In this document: positions 1 to 13,300 of the stretch, in pieces
Numbering within the stretch: the stretch's first letter is position 1
Layout of the letters: each line of letters starts with the position of its first letter
Assembly: GCA_003971905.1 (NCBI GenBank)
Contig: RSEE01000150.1
Location: 62,001-116,859 of the forward strand
From: Moniliella sp. 'wahieum'
Lineage: Eukaryota
Direction: 5' to 3'
Length of the DNA: 54,859 bases
The notes under the pieces: generated by a model
Database searches by the model: none
What the model was told of the DNA's origin: nothing
The model's input: only the letters and a program-made list of their open reading frames with translations
Made by a program: the position numbers and the translations under genes

Positions 1-770
1 GCAGCCACCACCCGCCGCCGCCCACTGGCCACTGCCCTGCCTGCTATCGACTATCTCTGCAAGGAGCACCTGGCACACGTGGCACAGGTCCCCTGCCCGC
101 CTACTAGCTACTAACTATACCAGCCAGCCACAGCTGATACTATACGCCCGCCACAAGCAGCCACACAAGCCCGACGATCGCGTAGCGCTTACCTCGGCAC
201 AACCCGACAGGAGGTTTCGCCGCGTGTAAACCTCACCCCCTTGGGCCATCTCACATCTCAATGTACGCTGATCCATAGGCGAGAATGTCGACCAGGCCGC
301 ATCGTCAGCATCAACTTGCTTCCAGGATCACTAGTCACTAGGCACTAGGCACTGGTTGGTCGCTTATTCTGTGCTCCCCGGTAGCGCTTTTCCCTAGCGA
401 TCAAGAGCTTAGCCCCGTGGTTAACTATGCTTCCCCTCTCGCACACACCAGGCACCTCACCAATGATTAATGACCTGCATCACCTGTATGACTCGGACTT
501 GTGTCGATCCGTTCTATCTACAGCCGATCGTGCCAAGCGTCGTTCCGAACAACAGCAATCCATCCAGCAGTGTACCTTGGAGTCGAGGCCAACCTTTAAT
601 CACAACAGCACTGGACCCTATGTCCCGTCAGGCCTCAGGTGAACAAAGAACCGCAACAACATGGTGCCGTAGCTGTTCCGCACCACCGTCAGATCAAAGA
701 AAAATCATGGTGGGTGGACGCTTGAAGCACGACAGGACGTGCCAGGGAGATTACTCGGGTTGCCTGAAAG

Positions 771-2653
771 CTATTGGACACAGAAGGAAAACGTTAGCGT
801 ATAGCTTCCACGCCGCCGTTGCGACAGAGGTAAAGAAGCAAACAAGAAAACAAGCAAGCAAGCAGGCTTGTTGACCACATGCTGTCCAACGAAGAAAAGG
901 AAACGTACAACCAGCCTTGATGAGATGTTTGTGGACGCGCACCATGCGAATCGCGACCCCAGCCACGCACAGGGCAGCCATACAACTGCCCACCCAAACG
1001 ACGAGCGGGGCAAACCCGAAACTACCAACGTGCCCGTTCGGGGGGTGGGGTCAGCGACGAACGAGCCAGAGGACAGGGAGGTAGGATCGTCCTTCCTGCC
1101 CATTTGCAGCAGCGCCGCGGCAATAAAGGGACCTGCGAGCGCTGAAATGCCCTTGACCGCACTAAACATGGGCAGAATCGTGCCGCTGGGTGTACCACTG
1201 AGCGTAGCCACGTCCCGTGCCGATCGGCCCCACGTCGCACCCAACCCTCCGGCCGTGACACCAAACAGTATGGCAAACACAATGATGATCGCAACGTTGT
1301 TGGTCGACAAGCCAAATAAGACCAACGACGCCACACAGGATACCCCTCCAATCGCAGCTACCGTCACACCATAGTCCACCCGATCCACCATCCAACCCAC
1401 CGCCAGCTGCCCCAAAAACGAAGACGCATTCAGAATGGCAAGTCCTCCCGTCGCGGTCGTCGTCGACATCCCGGCGTAGCGCATGTACTGCGTCAGATAC
1501 ATCGACACGGGAAGGTACCCTGCTGATCCGATGAGGTTGGCGATGAACTGTGGAAGAGGGCAAGGGGAAGGGGAAGGGGGAGGGGGGCATCAGATCAAAG
1601 CTCTCTCAAGGACACGGGGGTGGAGAGGGGTGGGATACGTACATTGATTTGCCAAGTGGAGGTAAAGAACCATTGGACACTGGGCGGGAACGACTTGTAG
1701 TGCCACCAAGCGTGTTTCGGGGAGGAACGGGCGAGTCGTGCAGTGCGCCCGAGGTGGTGGGCACAGTACGCTGCGAGCCAACAGGAAGCCGGGGCTTGAT
1801 CAAGCTCAATGCGAGTCCAGCGACAAAGAGGTTAATCAAGGCCCAGATACGCAGGGTCCAGCGGAAGCCAATGTTGCTCAAGCACGCTTGGAACAGGAAA
1901 GGGTACACGATGCCCCCAGACCGTTGCCACTAAAGATAAAGCCCACGGCAAACCCGGTACGGCGGTGGAACCATTCGGGCAAGAACATCATTACGGGGCT
2001 AAATACGAGGCCCATAGCCACCCCATTCAGCACACCCTGTAGAACAATAAGCGTGATGACGTTTTGGGCAAACGACGCGCCAATCAGCGAGCCAACCGAG
2101 AGCAGCAGTAGCGCAAAGGAGATGGGCTGGGTGTGGGCTCGGTAGCGTTGGAACAAGCCAATGCCAATGGTGCACATGACATAGGCAAAGCACGACATAC
2201 ACGTACCAATCGCACTGATGGTCACCTGCGACGAGTGGGGGAAGTAGTCGGTGTAGTAGGACGTCAGTGTACCAATCGCATACACAGGGCCCCACATGGT
2301 AAACTCGAGCGCAAATCCACACGCCAGGAAAGTGTAGGCGCCCCTGCCCGTGTCTACCGGCGGCAGTTGCTGGACCGCACCGGGCTCGGGCAGATGATCG
2401 CGCACCGCCTCTTCCTCACGCTGGTCCAGGCTGGGTGGGCGGCGTACTGCCTGCCCAAGGCTGGTACGAAACTTTCTTCGCCTTGGTCCGAGGTGAGGCG
2501 GGCGACGGCAACGGCGCCGGACGGGAGCGGCGAGACGACCTTGAGACGCTTGGCGGAAAGGTCCTCCCCGGCACCCAGGTTGGCCAGCGTGCCTACGCCC
2601 CGACTTCCGAGCGAAAGCGTCTTGAGCGCAATGTTCTCCGCCGCAGCTGGCAT
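771..2653 (-). CDS. MFS transporter, monocarboxylate porter (MCT/Mch-like) family; frameshifted in this assembly; ends approximate
   Basis: Stitched from ORFs 2354..2710, 1878..2705, 1606..1908 and 771..1508. Fungal MCT-type motifs: LPPVDTGRGAYTFLACGFALEF, FLPEWFHRRTGFAVGFIFSGNGLG, GFRWTLRIWA, GQLAVGWMVDRVDY. Intron 1642..1548 (GTACGT...CTGAT...CAG). Candidate ATG at 2653. Confidence 0.85.
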
Positions 2654-3472
2654 CGCGACGAGACGGACGGTGGTGGCGCAGACGACAGGTTCGGAGATAG
2701 GGCAAGCCAAGCGCTATGCCCGACGGGCATAGATAACCCCCGCTCGCACCATCTTCTGGGGGGTTGGGCGGTAGGCCCTAGGCCGCTACCGTGTCAGTCT
2801 GCCTGCTGAGCTGAATATTGAATCTGACACGCCAGCCCCACTTCTGACTCGACCGAGTCCAGAGCACACCCATCCGAACCGGTTCCTTAGGCCTTACGCG
2901 GGCCTTACGCCATTTACAGCCGGCCAGCCAGCCACAGAGGGCGGGTGAATATTGAATATTGAATCCTGGGGCCTGAATAGCAGCCAATGACGTCACCGCT
3001 CTATCTGCCGCACAATCGCCCCGCTCGCTTTTATTCCGCTACGGGATACCCAGCTCCCGCGCCCATGTCTGCTCCATGCGCACCACCACCAGCGGCTGGG
3101 GCCAGGGCAGCAGCCAGCCGACCGCCTGCCTGCCCCGAACGGGGGCGCTGTGTACCCAGTGCCGCCGCTCCCCATTCCGCACCGGGGCGCAAGGGCTGCG
3201 CGCTGCTTGGCGATTCAAGTGGCCGCTGGAGTGGAGTGGGTAGGAGGCGGGCCCAAACTTTCCTCGTCTGTACGTGTTCACTTCTCTCACATGTCTTCTC
3301 TTCTCAACGATGGCACAGCAGCTACTGTTCGAGGAGTGTTCAAGCGCTGCGTGTGCTCATACAGGTGACCAGCCCATCGTACGTCATGCATCATGCTCCA
3401 TGCTCCATCCACCATGCAGGCAACGGGGGAAATGGTCAGCGCCTCTTTTGCTTGCTGTGGTATAGTGCTGCT

Positions 3473-6026
3473 TCAGTGGGCTTTTAACCATTCGTGTGCG
3501 CGTCGTCCCCAATCCCAAATCAGCGCCACAGACTTGGGGTTGCGCCAGTCTTCCCCCTCCCCGATCAACTGGGCATACCGATCCAATGTCTCTTGCTGCT
3601 TGGCGTTGGGTGTTTCGCCATCATGGTATGCTTCAGGGCACTCCGTCGGGTCACAATCATCGTGAATCACATCCTCCGGCATATCTACCCAGACAGTGTT
3701 CAGCGTGACGAGCAACCCCGTTGGCCCGGGTGTCGATGCAGACAACGAAATGGGGCCGGGCACCGTCTGCTGCAACAGCGCGGCCGAAGGGGGGACCAGG
3801 AACGCAAAGGTCCTTCCCAACCAACTGTGGTGGGCTCGTGTCGATCCGGACAGGACGAATGGAGCCCAAAAACACGTACGTCGGAAATGTCTTGCGCATG
3901 CTTCCAGTCCACTACATTGACCTGCAGGCACCCCGTCAAAAGCTCATGTTGCTGCAAGAAATCAGGCACATCCGGCGTGCAAACCACATGGCCCGCGTCG
4001 CCCACGTCATAGCGCCAGCCATAGGCGTTCATGGGAAAGAAGGCTCGACCGTCCACGATGTAACGACTCTGGTCAGATGGCCAATCTACCAAGGTCCTCA
4101 ACGAATTAAAACGGAAGCTTGGCAACGCATCCAATGCATCCGTAGGATAAAACAAATGGCCCAACTCAAGTCGACTGTGAAAATCCAGGGACGCAACGTT
4201 TTTGTGCTTTGGTGTGCGGCAAAGAGACCTTGGAAGTTTTTGACGACAACGAGTCGCATACAATCTCGCTGTTGACGTCGGCGGCTTCCCTCCCTGTCGA
4301 CAAGAAGAAAGGCCCAGCTGTCCGAGCCCGGGCACGCTTTAAAGGAGCGGAAACTCCATTTTGACCACAGCTCGCCAGAGGGAACGTAGCGTTCGAGTCG
4401 AGGATTGCCCTCGGGAGTGCCTGTTCCCTCGAGACGGAAGTACGTGACAGGTACCTTGTTCTTGTCCCCGTCAAGTTGTAGTAGAGTCAACAGATCCTCC
4501 AAGGAATACAGGCGCGTGTTGCCGTAGGATGGGTTAAACGTCCCACCACCAAGACCGAGTGTAGAGTAGGAATTCCATATATAGACCCATTGCCCGTCAA
4601 CGTATAATGAGTCGGGAAGGGATTTGAATTGGTTGGATAAAGAGGAGCCAAGCTTGAATTCGATCGGGTCTCCCACGGTCTCTGTGTCTAAGTTGACCGT
4701 CTGCAGCTTCACCGTATGCTCATGTCGAAACCCCCCAGTGGTCCCCATCGTATGTCTGTAAGCGAGCGTCAGTACAAAACGCTCTGGTACGGCACCATGC
4801 CCCCATTGCATCTACGCACAGGATATGGGCGTGGACGCCGTGTCTTGGACAATTGCGCGTGACTCGTTCGCAACGGGTATGACCACCGTACTGAAGACTT
4901 TATCCTTGATCCGGCCAGCGGGAGAATCAATCCCATGGTCTCGAGCCCGATCAATCGTGTATATACTGTTGGACCCCGCGAGGCAATGTCTCTGTTTCGT
5001 GATTGGTAGAGTGAAGAGTACTGTGGTCAACCACGTCTGCAAAAATGGGGGAGGAATAGAGGCTCAAACGTGGAGCCCAACGTGCCCAAAGCATTCCCTT
5101 TCGCGGACACCCTGCCCCGCATAAGGAAATGCCCGAATAATAAGGCATCGGCCGATACACCTGCAAGGCTCTCATCACCTCGTCAAAGGACATGGGGACT
5201 GGTAGCTTATCCCCCTCCAACAGGTTTTCCGAGACGGATGGAAGACTTCCAAGTACTTTGTTCAAGTCGGGTACCGGGCCTCGAAAAGATCCCGTCTCCC
5301 AATTCGTTCACCGTTGCTGCGGTGACCAGCTCGGGCTCCATATTGGCTACCCTGGAGACCCTAGGCCCCGTCGCATCTTGGTCGACGATCGACCGACCGG
5401 TCAACGTCCATCCAAATTCTTCCTCTAGCTGCTCGGCGGCTACGACGAGCGCCTTCCATGTCCTGGAACCGGCGCGGCAAATCCAACATGCAGCGTGGCG
5501 TCCGCCAGGTCCATGTCATCAGAAGGAAGACGCAGCAACCGGACCGCCATTTGATGCCACACCTGATCGGTCTCCAAGACCCCGTACCAAGCTACCCACC
5601 AAGAAGAGGGTCAGATCCGGCGCTCAAGCGACCCAGTATCAAGACATATCGGTTCAACGGGACGAGACGACCTTTGTTGCACTGCGACAGCTGGACCAGA
5701 TCGCGCGGGTCGAGCACCCCGCTGCTGGCGACCTGCAGGATCAGTTCAAATGGAAACCTACCGAGCATGACGCTGGGGAATAGTGGTGGTAGAAACGCAG
5801 GAGCAGTCCTGTTGCACCGCCCATCCTTGAGATTCAAAGCGGCTGAAAGGGTAATTTATGTCGCGGCGGCCCCGGAAAAGCGACGACGTGTACATGGTGT
5901 GGGGTCGACATCATATGGGTTGGCATGTATATTTTTGCAATGTGCGGACCACTTGCCCAGTGCTTCGGGGGTAACCGTAAGCGTCATGCTTTCGGCCTCA
6001 ACCGTTTCTCGCCTTGCGTCCGGCAT
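3473..6026 (-). CDS. F-box domain protein with unrecognised C-terminal region; frameshifted; ends approximate
   Basis: ORF 5592..5837 contains LGRFPFELILQVASSGVLDPRDLVQLSQCNK, an F-box-like L-x-x-(L/F)P-x-E-L...L..RDL..LS.vnK pattern. It is followed by a chain of abutting minus-strand protein-like ORFs (5207..5404, 4951..5265, 4769..4954, 4098..4811, 3700..4335, 3473..3931). Candidate ATG at 6026. Confidence 0.6.
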
Positions 6027-7623
6027 CTGCTGTGGCGTATAGGATGTGGCGTAGGGAGGGCAGCGTCCCTACATAGACCCTGTGCGTCGTTTCTGGCATC
6101 AGGTTGGTCACCGGTCACACGTCACGCTCTGTCGCCGCGCTTGCGCGCCTTTTTGCTTTTTGGGGCTCTCTGGCGAGTTGTGGTCGCTCTTCCCGCCTGT
6201 CTTGTCTTGCTCGCGTCTCGCTTACCGTCTCCTGGTTGGCAGGCTCCTCTGGCAAACTGCATATGATAAGTAATGAGACCTGCAGTCCGGATGGTCCTCG
6301 AGGGTGATGCAATCGCACTGGTGGTGGTGGTGGCCTAATAAGCCAACCAGCAACGCCTTACAGAGGACCATCAAGCAGCGAGTCGCCACCAGGGAATAAG
6401 TTGCGGAACAAGGAAAAACAGGAGACAGATAAAACAACGGAACTCCCAGGCCGAGGAGGAACTGAAGGGACATTGGCCAAAGCACGAGCCACCCGATGGC
6501 TCCACAATAAGCGGCTGGGGCTATATCCGACACAGCCGTCCTTGGCCCTCTTCCACGGGTTCCATACAAAAAGGGGGCCATCCATCCCATCCCACCTCCT
6601 TTCTCTCCCACCACCTCTGCTGCCATTTTGCCACTCGCCATGCCCTCCTGCTCCGTATACATCAACGTATTTAGCCCCACGACCTCGGAGCTCATCGGTA
6701 TGCCCCATCCCCCAGCCATTTCATGCTTCATGCTATTATATCGAGCGCTAACCCCTTCGCCAGATCTCTACTTTCCATATGCGAGGGTGCAAAGAAGTAG
6801 GCTCGACATGTGCTTCGCGTTGCTCGGCCACTGGAGCGGCGCACGCTTTTTGAAATTGGAGCCAAGGTGGAGCATGCTCAGACTGAGCACAAACAAGGGG
6901 CGGCACGGGATAACTGCTTGGCCAAATCGGTGTAATTTTGCCAGCAAACTCGGCGCTGTCCTAGAAACAAAACTTGGAGCACCGAGTTGCTGTGGGTCGG
7001 CTGCGTCCGTGGCGCGGGGACTTTCACGTTCTCTCTGTTTTTCGGCTATTGAAGCGGATGTTTCTCGGAACTGCGCCTGTTCAGGCTCCAGGGCCTTTTC
7101 TGGTCTTGAGGCCCCACAGGCTTAGAGAGGCCTCAGACCTCATCGATCATCCCCGCACAGATTTCCGCGCGCAGAAGAAGAGAGGGCAGCAGAAACCGGA
7201 CAACAGTGCCTGCGACCCGGTGGTGCCTTTATCGCCTGCAAGGGTGGCTTGACGGACGTAAGATGATGAGATGCGCGAGAATTCATCGACAGCGGGGTGG
7301 GGTGTGGGGGTGGGGTGGCCCATGTCCTGTATCAATGTCAGTCTTCAGTCATCGCCGATATCCGCCTCTAGCGAGTCCCACGTTGGAGGCGTCACGGTGA
7401 ATACATACTATGGCGATATGGGCTTGGGCGTCTTCGGCCACTGCCGACCATTTTCGGCCCGATTGCATCCTAAGTATCGCAGCCGTACGAATTCATAGTT
7501 GGGGCCCACCCCCCCTTCTTTGCTTTCCCTGCGCTCCCTTTTTCCTTCTGTTACGCGCCATCTTTGCCTTCTCCTTCCGACCCACCGCAACCTTTTCTCC
7601 CCGTCACTTTCTTGCCCTTACTC

Positions 7624-9494
7624 ATGGTTACGCCAACGCATGTTTCTGGGTCTGTCCTGTCACCAGGAACAGACGCCGCCGACCACGAAGGAGCACTCGC
7701 TATGCCCATGCCCACCCCTCCTGTGGAATCCGGCGCATACGACGAAGAGATTGCGGTTAGGGAGTATGGCTTGTCCCGCGGTGATTTCAATCGACTGGAC
7801 CCAGCTGATAGAGATCTGCTTCGGACGGCAAGCAATCAGTCCTCAATCACCTCCCTTGGAGGTCGCGCAAGCACCTCGAGCTTAGCACGAGGCGAGCATC
7901 TTCCCCATGCGAATAACCGGAGGGAAAGGAGGCAATTCCTACGGAGCCTGTGCTTGCTCCTGTGAGCACTAACGGTGAAGACTCGTTTCGGGGCTCGCTT
8001 GAGACAAAGAATGATGTCATTGTCGTTCATTGGGAAGGCGATGACGAGAAGGAAAAACCCACAGAACTGGAGTCGCTCTTACCGGTAAGTAAGCCCGTTA
8101 TTGCGCTACAATCTCAGTTTGATTCCGAATTGCTCTGACCGTTCTGACCTACCTATTGTCTGTTTTTGGCACTCAGTGGCTCATCACAATCATTGCGGCA
8201 TTGACCGTCTTCTGTTCAGCGTTACGTCTAGTTCACCTTCCGGCATCGCACCCGACATTATGGCGCACTTCCATGTTTCTCGAGAAGTGGCAGTTCTCTG
8301 CATCACATCTTTGTACTAGCATATGCTGCCGGACCGTTGCTCTGGGGGCCAGTGAGTGAGATTGTTGGACGATGGCCATGCTTAGTCGTCTCCATGACTG
8401 GTTTGACGGCTTTCAATCTGGGTACTGCATTCGCTCCTAATACCGGTAGCTTAATCGTGCTTCGTTTCCTTGCCGGTGTATTCGGCTCAGCACCCCTAAC
8501 CAATGCCGGGAGCGTCATTACCGATGTATGGGACATCCAGACGCGTGGCATAGCCCTTTCTATTCTGCGTTGCTCCCTACGCTGGCCCAGCGATCGGTCC
8601 AATCGTCAGTGGTGCAGTGCATGTTTCGGGCGTTGACTTCCGCTGGGTCTTTTGGGCCATGGCCTGTTCTCGGCCGTGGTCGGGCTGGGGCCATCGTCGT
8701 CATCAAAGAAACACCCACCTATCCTTTGGCTCGTAAGGCCCAACGGCTACGCAAGGAAACCGGTGACGACCGCTACCGTGCGCCCATTGAACTGGTCAAG
8801 ATCGAACCAGCCCAAATTCTGCAAACGACTTGCTCAAACCTCTGTTACTGCTCGTCCATGAGCCATGTTGCTTTTGTTGTCATTTACACAAGTTATGTGT
8901 ATGGACTTCTATACGGCCTCTTTGGCAGCTATCCTGTCATTTTCCAAGGGTTGCACATATGAACGCCCTCGAAGAAGGCCTGGCATTTTGGGCTACCTCC
9001 TGGGTGTCTTCGCGTCCGCGTTATCTACATTTGGGTCTTCAACCCCCGTTACGTCAAAAAGGTTATGGCTGTGGTTAAAGAAACGGGCAAGATGGGCCCG
9101 TTGCCTGAGCAGCGTCTGGAGGCATGCATAGGGGCGGCCCGTTACTGGGCATTGGGTATTTTTGGTTAGCTTGGACCTCTTATCCCTCCGTCTCGTAGGG
9201 CTCCATTGGCTGCGGGTGTGCCTATTGGATGTGCAATCGTGATGCTCTTGTGGGCCTGATTGCGTTCTCGGTCGAGGCGTACATGCCTGTTGCAGCATCT
9301 GCGCTTGCAGCAAACACGGTGTCCGTTCGGCCGTCGGCGGCATTTCCCCTTTTACTACACAGATGTACGAAAACCTCAACCCACGTGTGGCAAGTAGCGT
9401 CTTTGGCGCCTGTGTGTTTGCCATGGCTCCTGTCCCCTTCGTTTTCATGAAGTACGGACCGCGTCTGCGTGCCCGATCAAGGTACGCAATGTGA
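7624..9494 (+). CDS. MFS drug:H+ antiporter, DHA1 family (Tpo/Flr-like); frameshifted
   Basis: VHWEGDDEKE(N)PQNWS motif, WGPVSEIVGRW, LRFLAGVFGSAP, KET...LARKAQRLRKETGD and C-terminal FMKYGPRLRARSRYAM*. Intron 8085..8176 (GTAAGT...CTGAC...CAG). Start uncertain (7624 or 7702). Confidence 0.88.
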
Positions 9495-10336
9495 GGGTTT
9501 AATCGCCCACTGGAGGCTTGTGGTAGCGCATTATCGATGCCTCTTTGGTACCATCTGTTTGATATGATCTTCCCTTGGCCCCGCCTTCTCTGCTGCCCCC
9601 TCTTTTCCTCATACAATCAAACCTTTCCCCGGACTCAACAATGATGGTTTACCATTGCTTCTAGCGCTGTGCCTAGTATTCGTGTTGTGCTGATGGGTGG
9701 TGTGCTACACATTCCAGCGCTAAAGTGTCCTAGGTTGAGTTCGCGATACGCTTCTTCACGCTCTTGTAAATGCCTCTGGACGTAAAAAGCTTCCCCCTAG
9801 GACCATGCAGATCATGTTACTCCCTCTCGGCGTTGGGGGGGCTTTGAATGAAATTACTCTAACGTTTACCGACGAGGGGCTTGAAGAAGCCACCACAGCG
9901 CCAATGGTCGAGCTATATCGACTGAACCCTCCTGTCCGACTCCCTGCCGCAGAAGAAACATCAGTGTCCACGTGGATGGGTGTACTAAATGGTGTGCCAT
10001 CCTTATGTGCCTTTACGCGTCAAGACTGGTTGAACACCATCAGCACAAGGACAGCCTGGGGCGAAGCCCCGCCACACCGGCCAAGAGGTCCGCCAGTGGT
10101 CCCCTCGTTAACAGACTAATAAAAGTGAACATAAAAGTTGTGAGGCGGGATGAATCTGACTTGGGGTATAGAAGTCGCCAATCGACTCTGGCTCTCTCTC
10201 GCCACTACCCCACAGACGCTAAGAACGCATCCGATCGTATTTTTCGTTTCTGCTCGTTATGGTAAAAAAGTTTAAGAGCCAAACAACGGGGGGAAGTGGA
10301 ATGAGGGGAAAGAATGAGTAAAAAAGGGTACAGCCG

Positions 10337-13300
10337 TCACACCTTTTGGGTAGTACAGGCCCTGGAGCGGGGCGCACGGGAGCGGGCGCACATTGCGAGT
10401 CAGGAAGTTTGGCGAAAATCTAAGTGCGGCGCCTGTCATCAGGAATAATCAAGCATCTTCTGCAAATCGCGGAGATGGAGGCCCATCGCCGGTGGCACTC
10501 AGGCAGACCCTTGAGAATGGGCACGGCGTTGCATGCGAACTGTACGATGGGGTCGTGAGTATTAAGCGATTGGGCCATCATCTGCACCTGGTTGGCCGGG
10601 AGCTGCTGAAGCGTGGGAAGTAGGGAGTTGGTCACCTGCTCCGGGGTGAGCACAGCCAGCATGTTGGGCAAAGATCGGCAATTGATGTGATGTTGATCGG
10701 AATGTCAAGCACGGTAGCTAGGTAGGTGGCTTGGATATCGTACCTGTCAAAGGTGTTAGTACCGAATACAACATGCACAAAAAACAGGAAAGGGAAAAGG
10801 CTCACTCTGTGTAGGGAAGACCCGGGACAGTGTATCCATCGACTTGCACCCTGATTTTAGCTTCGATGGAGAGGGTTGGAGTAGCAGGTCCAGAGAAAAG
10901 AGTAAACCGCCAGTCATCGTAAACGTCACCGGGACAATCTTAGTTTCGCCAATGCCCACATGGACGGCCGGAGTGATGGATTGATTCACCGTGGCGCGAA
11001 TAAGGGACGGGTCGCCGGCCCCTTCGAAACCTGCCTTCCAAACAACCGCTTCAATGTACTCGATCGTCAGCCCTGCCTTGAGAGGATGTGAATGAATAGT
11101 TGGGCCGATCCTTGGCTGTTCAGTAAGGCTGGCAAAACAGGAATGGTCAAGTCCAGCTCCAGCACCAGCCGAGCGCGCGCCAGTGAGGGGCAAAGGGATG
11201 CTAAGTCCATGCAAGGCTTCCAGAATTGAATCGTACGGGGTCGGGGTAAGATTGTCCTTCGGTAGTCCTCCGACATTGACGGTGGTAATGCTAGGGATGG
11301 CGCTCCCACCCGTGCCATTGTTTATTGGTCCCACATACTCGTGCAGTAGCTCAAGTCCAACAGGGTCCGACGGGTTACTAGGCGCGTAGTAAAACGCTAT
11401 TTGTAAGTGATTGGCCCAGGAACGAGACTGAGATTGGAGAAATATGAACGGACGACCTCGAGACCCTTGTAGAATGCCGGAAGATAGACGTCTCTTGTTA
11501 TGACCGTCACGTTGCTTGGGTTGAACACATCCGCAGTAATGAGCACAACCAGATGCTCGGGCGTAGACCCCACCAGGTTCACATTCGACAAAGTAGCCGC
11601 TGGTTGGGAAGGAGTTGATGCCCGCAATTGAAGAGGGTACATCGAAAGAGACGTTGGAGATTAATAGGGGACCCACATGCGTGTTTGCCCATACGCTGGC
11701 CACCAGTAACCCGGAAATCCGATTCGGCTTGTCTCCGCACTGAGCAAGGTACGCGCTATATTGCTCATTGTTCACCGATTTCAGCAGCTGGTCTTGGAAA
11801 GATACGACCAACGTGGAAAGCCGCTCTGGACCCGTAGAAGCGTCGGAAAGGACTGGCAGGATGGGCAAGTCGAGTTGAGCGGCGGGGATGTTGTTGAAGA
11901 CAATATGAGAGACATGCTGACCTGGAACGGGGCGAACGTGAAGTGGAAAGGGTTGGAGAACGTAGAAATCGTCGATTGGTTGAGAGAGGAATGTTGTAAG
12001 CCACGTTGGCAGATCCCCTGTCATGTTCACCCCCATGTTCACCATGTGCATGCCATAGATCACCTCGGTCGAGTTTCCCACCAGGGTGACATTGAACTGT
12101 AGCGTGGCCAAAGCATCGGATATCCAGCCTACCCTCCCATTTTGATACGGAGTATCCGCCTCCACTCCTTGCAACGTCAGGGTCGTATGTCACATGAATA
12201 TACCTGGAGCAGACCAATCCGAGGTTGTTCTGCCCTATTGGCGTGAGTTGCCGCACCAGCTGCCCCGTGAGCAACGAGTGAGTACGCCCGAAGGAACAAG
12301 AGTAAATCCTTGGACTTGGGATCCCCAAGATAGGTGTCCGGAAGCTGAGAGTAAAATTTGGCGGTATTCAGCTCGATTCCCAACGTTGCAGGCGAAGGAT
12401 ATCAGCGCTAACCGAGATGAACAAGTTATCTTCCCCCTCGCTAGGATGTCAAAGAAAGTGGTTACCACACCAGGCAGACCATTGAACGCCCGGACGTCAC
12501 ATTCTTCACCAAATTCACCTCGGAAAACGCCATCCCCAGAGCCAAGACATTCACATGGGGGCCCAATCTCCCAGGTGAACTCTTGGGTGGAGAATATATT
12601 TGGCAAAGGTAGTGAAGCCAGCTTGGTCGGTGATATTCACCTGGCCAGTGATGAACAAATCGGGCACCCCTTGACCTGGAATGGTTGCAAATGGGAGGAA
12701 GTGATGGTAGCAATGAATTGCCCCATTCCATCGGATCTCCAGTGGCTCGGGGAACATGATCAACGCATTGGTTGGGCGTTTGTCTGCAGCGCGCCATGCA
12801 GGCTCACCGTAAACCCATCGTCGGTGAGTGGGTAATGTTACCCTGGGCAAAACTCAGGACGCCTGATCCACAATCTCTGGATCAAAGGAGCCCCCGCCGG
12901 ACCGAGCAAATCAACAGTGACGTGTCCGTCTGCACGGGAACAGGGCCCTGGGTAAAATTGAGCCCACAGAGAGTCTTCAATGCTCACTTCCACATCGAGG
13001 GGGACGGTGACAGAAAGCGATTTGTTGGCAGCTTGGAGGATGGCTGCTCGTAGGTCAAACGCCCATTCGCAGGACAGGACGATTCGTCACCCCCGGTATG
13101 CCTCGCACTTGGGTTGAGCATCTCCAGGCAAGTCGAGGATACTCTGAAGAAATGGCGGCCAAGGTCCGAGCGAGGTTTGGCTCGCCTGTGCGAGTTGCAG
13201 GATGAGGCCAACCAGCGTTTTGGGACGCGCGTCGAGCGCCAACGGGAGCTCTGGTCACCGTGCTGGCGTTCCCAGTTGCATGGATGGGAGTGGATAAGTT

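Noticed and set aside
9756..10265. Short ORFs between the DHA1 and DUF3712 gene ends
   Set aside because: No recognisable motif on either strand; a gene cannot be supported.
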